From Macrostomum lignano (Eukaryota): a stretch of DNA of 41,396 bases. A program made the translations under genes and the position numbers. The notes below the pieces were generated by a model that saw only the letters and a program-made list of their open reading frames with translations, made no database searches and was not told the DNA's origin. This document shows positions 1 to 41,396 of this stretch, piece after piece. The stretch spans positions 1-41,396 of the forward strand of contig NIVC01001326.1 of NCBI GenBank assembly GCA_002269645.1, in the 5' to 3' direction. Numbering within the stretch: the stretch's first letter is position 1; each line of letters begins with the position of its first letter.

Positions 1-880
1 TCAATGGAATTAGTGAGGCAGATTCAATGGCAGTAGAGAGGCAGATTCAATGGCAGTAGTGAGGCAGATTCATTGGCAGTAGAGAGGCAGATTCAATGGC
101 AGTGAGAGGCAGATTCAATGGCAGTAGAGAGGCAGATTCAATGGCAGTAGAGAGGCAGATTCAATGGCAGTAGTGAGGCAGATTCAATGGCAGTAGTGAG
201 GCAGATTCAATGGCAGTAGTGAGGCAGATTCAATGGCAGTAGAGAGGCAGATTCAATGGAATAATTGAGGCAGATTCAATGGCAGTAGAGAGGCAGATTC
301 AATGGCAGTAGAGAGGCAGATTCATTGGCAGTAGAGAGGCACATTCAATGGCAGTAGTGAGGCAGATTCAATGGCAGTAGAGAGGCAGATTCATTGGCAG
401 TAGAGAGGCAGATTCAATGGCAGTAGAGAGGCAGATTCAATGGCAGTAGTGAGGCAGATTCAATGGCAGTAGTGAGGCAGATTCAATGGCAGTAGAGAGG
501 CAGATTCAATGGAAAAAATTGAGGCAGATTCAATGGCAGTAGAGAGGCAGATTCAATGGCAGTAGAGAGGCAGATTCATTGGCAGTAGAGAGGCAGATTC
601 AATGGCAGTAGAGAGGCAGATTCATTGGCAGTAGAGAGGCACATTCAATGGCAGTAGTGAGGCAGATTCAATGGAATTAGTGAGGCAGATTCAATGGCAG
701 TAGAGAGGCAGATTCAATGGCAGTAGAGAGGCAGATTCAATGGAATTAGTGAGGCAGATTCAATGGCAGTAGAGAGGCAGATTCAATGGCAGTAGAGAGG
801 CAGATTCAATGGAATTAGTGAGGCAGATTCAATGGCAGTTGAGAGGCAGGTTTAATGGCAGTTGTGAGGCAGATTCAATG
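1..880. repeat. Minisatellite, 23-bp unit gaggcagattcaatggcagtaga
   Basis: Direct reading; ends just before the acceptor at 898. Confidence 0.97.
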
Positions 881-898
881 GCATTTCAACTTCCGCAG

Positions 899-1862
899 CG
901 GAAACCCTGGCGGGCAAATACCCGGACAGCCGTGTCGGCCAGTGGAAGCACCACCAGCACGGTGGCAACCTGGTCGGCTATTTCTACGCCTTGGCCAATC
1001 GCCAGACGGACAACGCCAGCTTCGTGTCAGTCGACAAGCAGTTCGTGCCTCTAAACGACCTGCTCGCCTTCTGGCGGTTCAATAGCGAAGGCCGACCAAC
1101 CGACGTCCTCAAAGGCAGCCGTTTGGCCTCGTACAGCATCGTGAAGGTGGAGCCCTACCCGCAGGCTGCCGCCGCCCCATGGTACACTACCTGGTGGGGC
1201 ATCCTGCTGCTCACTCTGGCCGCTCTGGCCGCTGCGGCGCTCCTGGCTGCCGCCGTCTATGGCATCTTCACGGCCGCCGCGGCCGCCTGCGCCGGAGCTG
1301 GCGCCGAAACTGCGCCCGCGGCCAGCGCGCCGAGTGAGTGGAAAAGTTTTGATTCTATATTTGTAAGACAACTCCTGAGACAGACGTGAGAGATATTGAA
1401 CAACTGTGCCCGTAGTAGGACATGTGTGTCAGTAATAGGACGGGTGTGACAGTAATAAGACAGGTGTGACAGTAATAAAACAGGTGTGACAGTAATAAAA
1501 CAGGTGTGACAGCAATAAAACAGGTGTGACAGTAATAAAAACAGGTGTGACAGTAATAAAACAGGTGTGACAGCTCAACCACTGTCTCTCCACCAGCGCC
1601 CCCAAAAGTGGTGCCAGTCAGGGAGCGCCAGATTCTGCAGCTGAACGCGGCCAAGCACCCGCGCCAGCTCGAACCGGCGCCCAACCCGAAGCCAAAGGGC
1701 CGCTACCTCATCAACTCCAACACTGGCGAGGTGCAAAGCGCGCTGAGTCAGAACGCGCCCAAAGAGTGGCGCGGCACTCCCGTGCCAAACTTGCAGGACG
1801 GCGCCGCCACCGCCGCTGGACCTCAGGTCACCGCGGATCCAATGGAAGCGCTCGACTTTTGA
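899..1862 (+). CDS. Last two exons (899-1333, 1597-1862) of an uncharacterised single-pass membrane protein (5'-partial)
   Basis: GC-rich open frame; acceptor ttccgcag at 891-898; donor GTGAGT at 1334; acceptor tctccaccag ending at 1596; phases match. TM segment WWGILLLTLAALAAAALLAAAVYGIFTA is followed by a cytoplasmic tail ending EALDF*. Confidence 0.72.
1440..1572. repeat. Minisatellite, 20-bp unit caggtgtgacagtaataaaa (intronic)
   Basis: About 6.5 copies by direct reading. Confidence 0.95.
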
Positions 1863-1969
1863 AACTGCTCAAACGGTTTTTGATCGGTTGACTAAAATTT
1901 TATGTAGATTGACTATTGATCAGACTTTATTCCTGCAATTGGCGTGCTTTACGAACGGGTTTCGGTGAC

Positions 1970-2343
1970 CCAGCTCACACCCTACTCCACCAGCTCACAC
2001 CCTACTCCACCAGCTCACACCCTACTGCACCAGCTCACACCCTACTCCACCAGCTCACACCACACTCCACCAGCTCACACCCTACTCCACCAGCTCACAC
2101 CCTACTGCACCAGCTCACACCCTACTCCACCAGCTCACACCCTACTCCACCAGCTCACACCCTACTGCACCAGCTCACACCCTACTGCACCAGCTCACAC
2201 CACACTCCACCAGCTCACACCCTACTCCACCAGCTCACACCCTACTGCACCAGCTCACACCCTACTCCACCAGCTCACACCCTACTGCACCAGCTCACAC
2301 CCTACTCCACCAGCTCACACCCTACTCCACCAGCTCACACCAC
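1970..2343. repeat. Minisatellite, 20-bp unit cagctcacaccctactccac
   Basis: About 18 copies; accounts for ORFs 1916-2377 and 1944-2408. Confidence 0.97.
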
Positions 2344-2671
2344 AGTGCCATTGCGTGTTCCAGCTTCATCCCCATAACCGGTTCGACACTCTTTCAAGTG
2401 TTGTTTGATCCTGGTTAAAAGTAATGTTGTATTATGCTTGTTATACTCCACGTATCCTTATTTATGCCCAATATTTAATCACTCCAGTAGCAGCCTATTT
2501 TATTCACAAAGTACAAACTTGCAAGTAAAAACTCTGGTAGAACTTTGTAACACAACTTTAGCTGAGGATTGCTGAGTAGACGACTGAGCTAACCTGATAC
2601 GGTCGGCAGTATCTGAGAATCTCAAGTGCCCCTCCCCGCAAAAGCGGATGTGGGCTGTATTGTGCTTCACC

Positions 2672-2760
2672 TCAGCGTTTCTTGAGCAGCTTATCAATGC
2701 GCTGTGAGATGAGTTCGTGTTTCCTGGCCTTCTTTGCAAGATTAACTCGACTTGGCAAAG
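2672..2760 (-). CDS. Possible terminal exon of an unidentified minus-strand gene (LPSRVNLAKKARKHELISQRIDKLLKKR*)
   Basis: Acceptor ctgctag at 2761, open basic helical peptide, TGA stop, and AATAAA on the minus strand at 2499-2504. No upstream exon was found. Confidence 0.3.
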
Positions 2761-2799
2761 CTAGCAGATTAAGTAAAACTTATTTTGTATAGCTTTGTG

Positions 2800-3310
<511 letters not shown>

Positions 3311-3494
3311 GGATGGATGACAGAAAAATAAAGTTAGAAAAGTCCAATTATCTCAGAATATCCTGCAGACTGTCGCTTTTCATTGGATTAAAAAGATTAG
3401 ACAAATATCGGATGCTGTCCCAGAAGCGAAAACGAAAATTGATTGCATCGTAGCGACTGAGTTGTCCTGGGAAGTGAAATCCGCTCCGTAGTGC

Positions 3495-3670
3495 GGGGTA
3501 GCCAATCAAGTAGATTGGACGCATGACATCGGCAGAAGCGGCTTCTTGTCTTTCAAGATTTTTTCTTGATTGTTTGCCCTCTCACTCGAGTATGCAGTTC
3601 GTTCAAATCGAAACATATAAGCTCGGCATCAGTATTATCCCAGGACAATTTTTGCTGCCTCTGATTGGCT
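3495..3670. promoter_or_regulatory. CCAAT-box cluster upstream of gene 3742-4587
   Basis: AGCCAATCA around 3500-3508, ATTGG at 3514-3518 and CTGATTGGCT at 3661-3670. Confidence 0.3.
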
Positions 3671-3741
3671 CACACAGTTTGCAAATTGGGGCATAAATTT
3701 CCTGGCATCAGCTGCTGCTCACAGCTCCGAGCATCCCACCA

Positions 3742-4587
3742 ATGCCAATGATAGAAGCATCAACGAACTCATCGAGGCTGCTCCACCAGCTTCTGTGGCC
3801 GCAGTCTCCATCGCCTCGTCGACATCACGCGGCCCTGATCGGCCTTTTAGCCGGCGTCTGCTTCGTGCTCTGCCTCCTGCTGGGCCTTGGGCTCTGGCGC
3901 CGCAGGCGGGACAGCGCCATCGACTCTGAGGACGATGATGATGCGGATCGAATGGAATCTGAGGATGGAGAAACTTTAACCAGCAGCTGTCGGATTCGTC
4001 TGCTGCCTGGCGAGCGGAGTTTCAGTACTCAACAGGTGAGTCCTGCCCGTTCCGCTGAGGGTGTACAGCGGCCTCGACATTCAAATCGGCAGGCATGTAC
4101 ACTTTCTGCGCCTTGGGGGCTGCCGTCAGGGATGTGAATCGCCAGAGGTCACTTTTGGCGCGACAGAGTGAGACGAGTTTACTGTTGATTGCCTGACTCT
4201 GCCCCTCCTTTACAGACAATGCAGGAATTCGATGAAGCTGCCGAGCGAACTGAGGAGGAGGAGGCTGGACAGCAGCGGGGCCGGCAGCAGCAGTTCTGCT
4301 ACGGTTGCGGCGCTCTGGTCAACCGAAACCCCCTGACCTACGTTGAGTCCGACAGCCGTGAGTCGAGCTCGGACGAGGAGGACCAATCAGATCAACAGCA
4401 GGTCGGAGGTGGGTTTAAGAATCGCTGCACCTGCTTCGGAGTCCCGACAGTGTCGCTGGCGACTGACTGGTCTCTGGGGAACTTTCAGCAGCAACAGGAA
4501 CAACAACAGCCACCACCGCATAGGAAAATTTCGCTGACACCGCTTTCGGAGCCGACAGAAATTGACGGTGCCATTGGCTTTATGTAG
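3742..4587 (+). CDS. Small single-pass membrane protein with an acidic cytoplasmic region; exons 3742-4035 and 4216-4587
   Basis: TM ALIGLLAGVCFVLCLLLGLGLW is followed by a stop-transfer RRRR. Phase-0 donor CAG|GTGAGT at 4036 and acceptor cctttacag at 4215 join two ORFs in frame. The start codon is uncertain. Confidence 0.62.
4045..4160 (-). mobile_element. Internal fragment of the same SINE-like family (in the intron of gene 3742-4587)
   Basis: Plus-strand cccgttccgctga and ggcatgtacactttctgcgccttggggg match cccattccgctga and ggcatgtgcccgtacacactctgtgccttgg in copy 2, and ctgtgccttggggg in copy 1. Confidence 0.45.
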
Positions 4588-4649
4588 ATTGATTATTGTC
4601 CTGCCTTTGCTATTGTAACTAGGAGGCTGGAGTTGGTGTTTTATTAGGG

Positions 4650-4976
4650 GCAAGGGGGGCTGTGTGCACCCTGGCGCACTTTAAGCGACATTGTCACGCA
4701 ACCGGCGAGAGGCATTGCTGCCCATTCCATTGACTCCCCTAAGCAGGCACACAAGCGCGCGGATACGTACGCAGTCATACGCACAGGCACACACTCACAC
4801 AGTTAGGCATATACACTTCACTGTGCCTTGGGGGTTGGCCATCAAGGGTGTTAATTGCACGAGCAGAGCCAAGCCGAGATTCCAATTTAGCTCCAAATTA
4901 ATGTGACTGCACTTGGAATCGAGCCTGGGCCGCTGGCACATCAGAGCGCCGCGTTGGACCACTGGGTTACGGCCGC
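4650..4976 (-). mobile_element. tRNA-derived SINE-like element, copy 1
   Basis: Minus-strand A-box-like TAACCCAGTGG (4959-4969) and B-box-like GGCTCGATTCC (4915-4925). The body shares CCAAGGCACAG, GGAATGGGC and GCCTCTC.CCGG with 18700-19015. Confidence 0.6.
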
Positions 4977-5955
4977 TTTGAGGAGGTGGGTTGGTTTGCC
5001 CGAAGCTCCTCAAATTGACGGGAAGGGTAGAGAGTAGAGATTGGGTAGTTGGCAAGCTCTAGGGCTGGAAGGTAGAAAGAAACTATTAGTTCAGTTGGCA
5101 CTTTTACCGTAAAGAAATGTAAGGTAAAAGTACGGGAGTGTTTTAGGGCTCTCCTTGGGCTTTGGGACTTTAGGATGTTCATTTTGTTCTTTTTCCATTT
5201 TCATCTGATATCATCCGATCTTGGTTCTTTTGACCATTGAGTTAAAAATATAAAGAAATTGACAATTTTATTTGGATCCTGCTCAGTTTCCAGTTCAACT
5301 GGCAAGCTGGAAGCAATTGTTCCATTAAGATCTCCGTTTTCATGCCTAACTGAGCTGCCAAATAATAGAACCAGCGCGTTTCGTGGCTAAGAAGTGACTC
5401 CCTAAGAGAGGCAACCCTGAGAAGGATAGAAGTCCTGCTAGATCCCTACCGGATGAACCTGGGAAATCTGAGCTTAGTCCAGCCTCCGGCAGTCAAGTCT
5501 CTGGCCTCTCTATTCTAATCTGCCGGATGCAGAGCAGCAGGGAGGTGGCTGCGCATTTTATTATAATCTGGGAGACGCGACACGCGAGCTGCCCAGCTGC
5601 TGCAAACGGGAAAATGCAATCCAGAAAAATTAGCAAAAAACGGATACCTTTTGATAACAGCGATGCTCCAGGACTGACTGGTTTTTTAATTTCCTTTTTC
5701 GATCTCGTTGCTACTTTCCGCTGCTGCTGCTGCAGCCTCGAGAGACTGAAAGAAAATAACCCGGCCTCGCGAAAGTCAATTTCTGTCTTCCGCTTAATGG
5801 GAAGCGGTTTGATAAAGAATGAACCTTCCCGAAGGGACCGAAGCACTTGGTTAAGAATTAATTAGCTAAATTCTGTATGCGATGAGGAAGAACTCTCGTT
5901 TAATTTCGACGGAAATTTGAAATTTATGCTGCATATCATTGACGTCATCGTCCAA

Positions 5956-6941
5956 TAGACCCTTCTCCCAGGCGTGCAGCACTCCACCAATGTAGACACT
6001 TCTCTCAGGCGTGCAGCACTCCACCAATGTAGACACTTCTCCCAGGCGTGCAGCCCTCCACCAATGTAGACCCTTCTCTCAGGCGTGCAGCACTCCACCA
6101 ATGTAGACACTTCTCCCAGGCGTGCAGCACTCCACCAATGTAGACACTTCTCTCAGGCGTGCAGCACTCCACCAATGTAGATACTTCTCTCAGGCGTGCA
6201 GCACTCCACCAATGTAGACCCTTCTCCCAGGCGTGCAGCCCTCCACCAATGTAGACCCTTCTCTCAGGCGTGCAGCACTCCACCAATGTAGACCCTTCTC
6301 TCAGGCGTGCAGCACTCCACCAATGTAGACACTTCTACCAGGCGTGCAGCACTCCACCAATGTAGACACTTCTCCCAGGCGTGCAGCACTCCACCAATGT
6401 AGACCCTTCTCCCAGGCGTGCAGCACTCCACCAATGTAGACACTTCTCTCAGGCGTGCAGCCCTCCACCAATGTAGACACTTCTCTCAGGCGTGCAGCAC
6501 TCCACCAATGTAGACACTTCTACCAGGCGTGCAGCACTCCACCAATGTAGACACTTCTCTCAGGCGTGCAGCACTCCACCAATGTAGATACTTCTCTCAG
6601 GCGTGCAGCACTCCACCAATGTAGACCCTTCTCCCAGGCGTGCAGCACTCCACCAATGTAGACACTTCTCTCAGGCGTGCAGCACTCCACCAATGTAGAC
6701 ACTTCTACCAGGCGTGCAGCACTCCACCAATGTAGACACTTCTCCCAGGCGTGCAGCACTCCACCAATGTAGACACTTCTCTCAGGCGTGCAGCACTCCA
6801 CCAATGTAGACACTTCTCTCAGGCGTGCAGCACTCCACCAATGTAGACACTTCTCTCAGGCGTGCAGCACTCCACCAATGTAGACACTTCTCCCAGGCGT
6901 GCAGCACTCCACCAATGTAGACCCTTCTCCCAGGCGTGCAG
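5956..6941. repeat. Minisatellite, 37-bp unit gtgcagcactccaccaatgtagacacttctctcaggc
   Basis: About 26 copies by direct reading. Confidence 0.97.
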
Positions 6942-7397
6942 GCCCAATGAATACTTGAACATCCCTGTCTCCAGAGTTCGAGTTCAAGGCAATATAGTAA
7001 AAAACGCCGCCTTTGATGTAGCTCGTATTATAACAGGTCCCTAAAATATTTAATTAAGCTACCCCAACAGCCACGCGCGCAGCCATAAAACTTAATTTGG
7101 CTTTGCACTGCATAGCTAATGCCGCATTCAGATAGCACAGGACTGCGGCTGCTCCTCTACTCTCATCCGCTCGGCATGATCAATAGCCGGTAAAATGCAA
7201 AAGCGGAGAGAAGGGAGAGACAGCGATAGAATAGGGTAATATATCAGAACCAAAATGCGGCTCTCTTAGGCTTAGTCCAGTCATTAATTAGCTGCTCCTG
7301 CTCATAGATTAATATATCAGCTACCTCGGTCTCACTGATGTAGCACTGGTACCTCAGATACTGAGGCATTGCCTGGGCCTAACATGTAGGCTTGTCT

Positions 7398-7690
7398 GTA
7401 TTGCATCCGGACACACCTGTGGTTGTATCCGGACACGCCTGTGGTTGTATCCGGACACACCTGTGGTTGTATCCGGACACACCTGTGGTTGTATCCGAAC
7501 ACACCTGTGGTTGTATCCGGACACACCTGTGGTTGTATCCGAACACACCTGTGGTTGTATCCGGACACACCTGTGGTTGTATCTGGACACACTTTCTGTG
7601 GTTGTATCTGGACACACCTGTGGTTGTATCTGGACACACTTTCTGTGGTTGTATCTGGACACACCTTCTGCGGTTGCATCCGGACAAACT
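7398..7690. repeat. Minisatellite, 22-bp unit ggacacacctgtggttgtatcc
   Basis: About 13 copies. Confidence 0.95.
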
Positions 7691-8059
7691 TACCCATAGG
7701 CTTTTATTCAGCTATCCGAACCGAGGAACAGTAAGCTATGTAAGCTTTATCTTACATAGTACTAACAGTAGGCAACCTCTGCAAGTGTGACTGAGTTTTA
7801 GTTGACTTGAACAATGGCCGGAAAACCATCACGCTTCGCCACTATTCCAACTGTTGAATTGCGCACAAATATAAAATGAGATCAAGTATGATGAGCCTAG
7901 TACCTATCTATTAGTCTGCTAATACAGGGTATGTATAATTTTAGACCAGGTATTAAAAGTTTCGTTGATAAAAGTTGTTGCTGAGAAGCTTCAAGTTCAA
8001 GTTGAGCCAAAATTCGCTTGACAACGCGATAATAACTAAGCCAAGTTACAATGTCTTCT

Positions 8060-8250
8060 GCACAAACACTTCTAAGCCTGCACAAACACTTCTACGCCTG
8101 TACAAACAGTTCTACGCCTGTACAAACACTTCTACGCCTGTACAAACAGTTCTACGCCTGTACAAACACTTCTACGCCTGTACAAACACTTCTACGCCTG
8201 TACAAACACTTCTACGCCTGTACAAACAGGCGTAAACACTTTTACGCCTG
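8060..8250. repeat. Minisatellite, 20-bp unit tacaaacacttctacgcctg
   Basis: About 9 copies. Confidence 0.94.
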
Positions 8251-9356
8251 CAGTCTTCTGGGATTTTACTTTGAAACTCATAAAAAAACGTTTGTAGAAA
8301 GGAACACGGCTAAAATTTATGCATATACTCTGCAACATTGAAAATTCGCCACCCACCAGTAAGCAACTTCTAACGGATCTCCCTTGCAAGTAGTAGTAGG
8401 GAGTAGTAGTAGTAGCAAGTAGCTCTTGGTACGACCGCATCCGGGATGCTTAGAAACTTTTGTTTGAATGAAACAAACTTAATTCTACATTTTTGTTTAG
8501 ACCATTGTTTTCGTGATTCCGGTTTGTAAACTAATTTAGGCTACAATTGAACATGAATACGTATTTTGCACAAACAGATCCAACATAGAGGCAACAGGAG
8601 ATTGCATATTTGAGTGCCACATATGTGTATTAAAAAAATATACAGCCTGAAGCGTCTGCGTTCGGCAAACGTACACTTGCATCCGTCTTTCTCAGCGAGC
8701 AAAGTTTTCTTTATCCAAGGAATTGTTGACAAGAAATAGGTGCCTCTGCTTTCTACAGCTGAGCCACAGGTCATGTATGCCGGCGCTAGGGATGATAGAA
8801 AAACTCGATCTCAGGGAATCTGCCTGTCACCGACTGGCTGCCTGGCGGGACGAAAATCAATTCGCAATGTCGCAAAAGTCCCCAGAGATTGCGTACGGGA
8901 CTCAGTTGGCTTAGCCAGCCTCCCAGCAGGGCCTCATCATCTCACAATATTAGTCAGCCGGCTTGCCTAAGCCGAATACAGTGATGGGGTGAGGCAATTC
9001 GCAGGCCAATCTCAATCAACTCAATCTTTCCTAATTCCCATCCAACCCAATCCAGTCCCTCTGTCGCCTTCGTTCGCGCGCATATTTCGACTCTTCTTCT
9101 TCACCACTACTTTCGACGCCTTTTTCTGTTGACGCTCTAGGAGCCTGATTTCGACTTAAAGAGCCTGAATCTAACAGCCTAACGAAGAAACCAGTCTCAA
9201 TTTCTATGCAGATTTTCAGACATTTCTTATTGGTTACCGAGGAGAAAAACTGTAGAGTTAAGTGCTAATCAATCACTCTAAGAAAGCGAACTGCCTCAAT
9301 GATTCGCTAACCGAGAGTTTAGAACTGAGCCGTCACTGATCGTTGGTGCAAACGTC

Positions 9357-10479
9357 ATGTCATCGGCTACATCTGTAGTTATCCTGTTCCTAATCACTTC
9401 CGGCATTCGTGGCCATCATGACAAAGTGACCGAAACTGGCTGGCTTTGGCAGTTTGAGCTCATCCTGGGCGCCATGACCTGGCAGGAGGCGGCGGACCGC
9501 TGCTCCGCTGCTGGAATGTCACTGGCGCCGGTGGCTGCCTCTCCAGGTGGACTCGCGGCCGCCAGAGCGCGTCTAACTGGGGAGGGAGTCGTCGAGCGAA
9601 GCGTCTGGATCGACGGCAGGCGAAGTCGCCGACGATGCAGCTGCCTATGGAAGCAGAAAATTTTGCAGAGGCTGAAGCAACAATCTACCATGTAAGGAGA
9701 ACTCTAGTGTTCTGAGGCCCTGAGCAAAGACACTCTCTCTCAGCTCATTTATCTTGCGTGTTACGCTCGTAATTTCAAGTGAAAACGGTGCCGGAATATT
9801 TTATGTGGCGCAAGTCTGGAAAATTTGCCAAAATATAATTTATTAGTTCCTATTATTCCCGATTTTTTAACAAGCGTCAGGTTATATCGACAAGAGTTTG
9901 TCAGGACGTCAGATAGCTCGTGAGAGTCAATAGAATAGTCTACAGGCTTTGTAATTTTCTTTCGACACACAGAAAGTCTCTTTGAAATGCCGTTTCTGAC
10001 TGTAACTACTTGTTAAACATCCATGCAGGAACTTCTCCAGTCCAGTCTCCATGGTCCATTTCTCCTCAGCTCAAAGTGAGCTCAGTCTTCCAGAAGAAGC
10101 TCCATTGCAGTCGCGCAACGAGTGTCTGACGGTGCGAAGCTCGACTGTACTCGCTGAAAATCGCGCAGAAGATGCGGTTGAATTCGCTGACTGCCAGCAG
10201 TACCAAGCTGGCGCGCTGTGCTCGGCTGTTCAGCATCCGAATCAGCTTCATCAGCAGCAACACCGCCAGAAGTCAGTTGAACAGACTTCAGCAACAACAA
10301 CATCAGCGCCTGACGATGCAGCACTGACGGAATCTTCGAAGCTGAAGAGCAACCCGGATGAGGTTTGGTGGCTGGCCGCGCTGTCGGGTTGCGTAGCCGC
10401 CAGTCTGTGCGTCATCGCCTCCCTGCTGGCAGTCATTGTGGCTGGCGCCGGTAGCAGGGAGCATTGCTGCTACAAATGA
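9357..10479 (+). CDS. Type I membrane protein with a divergent C-type lectin-like domain; exons 9357-9691 and 10029-10479
   Basis: Signal peptide MSSATSVVILFLITSGIRG; CTLD motifs MTWQEAADRC...LA...VWIDG and EC...DC......ALC; Thr/Gln/Ser stalk; TM WWLAALSGCVAASLCVIASLLAVIVA. The phase-2 donor GTAAGG at 9692 matches the acceptor CAG at 10026-10028. Confidence 0.75.
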
Positions 10480-11512
10480 CGTCTTACCGAGCGAGAGGAC
10501 GAGTCAGGGCTACTCTGAGTTACACGAGTTTTGCATCCTAATTTATTTAAGGCCGAATTTCGCTTGAAAATGCATTTACAAGACAGGAATTCTATATTTT
10601 AAGCACTTATTGGACGATTTTGTTATATTCTGTTGATACGACGATCCCGTAACACAATCGTAACGGCTTTAGAAAAATTCAACTGGAGACACGGAAAAAA
10701 GTTCGAAACTAAGCAGCATCACCGCTCTCCCTATCTCGTTCTGCAAATTCATGTAAACGGATTTTCTCGTCCCAAGCTTACTCTAAATGCACATAGTAAT
10801 TTTGCACCTTGTTCAACCAACCTCTACTCGTACTTCAACCAGCATCGCATGCATATTGGTAGGGTAGAAATGCTTTAAATGATTAGTGTCTATCTTCTTA
10901 ATGCATAGTTAAACGAAATTAGGCCATTATATACAGTATTTGACAAGCAACCGAGTTTAAGACGCTCTGTGATTCATTCAAAATATTTACTCGAAGTTGA
11001 AGACCCACTCTTTAGCTGTTTTTTCGACAGGCTTTTCAGTACAAATTATTCAGCAAACCTAAATGCTGCACAAATATTCAAACTAGTGGAACTCGTACAG
11101 ACGAACGGATTAAGAATCTTTGTAGTATGACTATATTAGCTCATAGCTCATATATAATTTAGGGCCAGGTTATAAAATACTGCGGAAGCATGCTCAGTAG
11201 ATCAGAGTTTATAGAAAATTTCGAGCAGAACTAATACGATATAAATATTTTAAGCATAATTTGCGAATGGCGGCGTTGCATTAGCAAAGCTGTGAGGGAG
11301 CGAATGAAGACTGTGCGAGCAGGCAAAATTACTGGTTAAATAATTTTCGAATCGCTAGAATGACTAGGGGAGAATCAGGAGAAATGGCCGCAGGACTTTA
11401 TCGAAAACTACAATTCAGAAAGTTTAATAAAGTCTCAAAAAAGCGATATAGCGAAATTGGTTTAAAGCGATTTTGTTTAAAAAAATCGACGGCTATGTTT
11501 GCGTGCCGATTT

Positions 11513-11518
11513 TTTATT
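11513..11518 (-). terminator. Candidate polyadenylation signal AATAAA of twitchin
   Basis: About 390-560 nt downstream of the two candidate stop codons. Confidence 0.35.
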
Positions 11519-11904
11519 ACTAGGCGGCGAAAATGGGCTTAAAAATAGATAGAGAGACGTACGGCTGACGCGAGGGAAAAGTGCGGCGGACTACAGCCAG
11601 GTGAAGCGGTCAGTGATTGCCACCAAAGCCATATTAGCGCTAAGGCGAACCGATGGTCTATCGATGAGCAGTAGTAAATGGAGTCGAGCAGTATGGCAGC
11701 AAGCCTCGAAAAAACTAGATAAGAAGGCAAGGGGGTCTCGAATTAAGTCGTGCGAGCGGGGCAGTTACCGTGATGGCAACTGGAGAAGTTCTTCAGCAAC
11801 AGCTTTGCCATGCTTAATGAAAGTGCTCTAAAAGGCTGCGTTGCTGTTTATAAAAAGAGTTACTAATGATCAGAAGATCAGATTGATGTCCAGTTCAAGT
11901 CTGT

Positions 11905-41338
<29,434 letters not shown>

Positions 41339-41396
41339 CTGAAGTAGATGGTTTAAATTTCCAGTTATAAACATTTTTCACTACTGACAGTAAAAA

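Noticed and set aside
4904-4976. Functional tRNA gene
   Set aside because: A- and B-box-like motifs are present, but the acceptor, anticodon and T stems do not pair properly. It is better explained as a SINE head.
4967-5865. ORFs 4967-5182, 5493-5846 and 5527-5865 as a gene or retroelement fragment
   Set aside because: No recognisable motif and no phase-consistent exon chain.
8541-9000. Short ORFs and imperfect inverted repeats (possible ribozyme or MITE)
   Set aside because: I could not build an HDV-like or hammerhead fold, or terminal inverted repeats with a target-site duplication, by eye.
9705-9745. ccctgagcaaagacactctctctcagc resembling a CORE-SINE motif
   Set aside because: The match is too short and there is no head or tail to support it.
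11539-11831. Short ORFs downstream of twitchin
   Set aside because: No coding signature; more likely twitchin 3' UTR.

Overview
Eukaryotic (metazoan) genomic DNA with GT-AG introns and many tandem repeats. Most of the window (about 11.9-41.3 kb, minus strand) is the 3' part of a giant sarcomeric kinase gene of the twitchin/UNC-22/projectin family. I traced 34-35 exons by hand. From 38556 downward the exons give one phase-consistent reading frame of about 4,050 codons. It encodes a PEVK-like micro-exon array, 6 Ig domains, a core of 15 FN3 domains interspersed with Ig domains, an intact kinase with its autoinhibitory tail, and 4 C-terminal Ig domains. The 5' end lies beyond the window. One twitchin intron (20442-22216) holds a complete intronless antisense gene for a membrane mucin. 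This gene has 11-aa repeats and one frameshift that may be an assembly error. The first 11 kb contain three plus-strand genes for single-pass membrane proteins, one of them C-type-lectin-like, plus a possible orphan terminal exon and diverged copies of a tRNA-derived SINE. Most long introns contain their own minisatellite. The domain order suggests a spiralian animal. A repeat-rich free-living flatworm such as Macrostomum would fit, but that is inference only.
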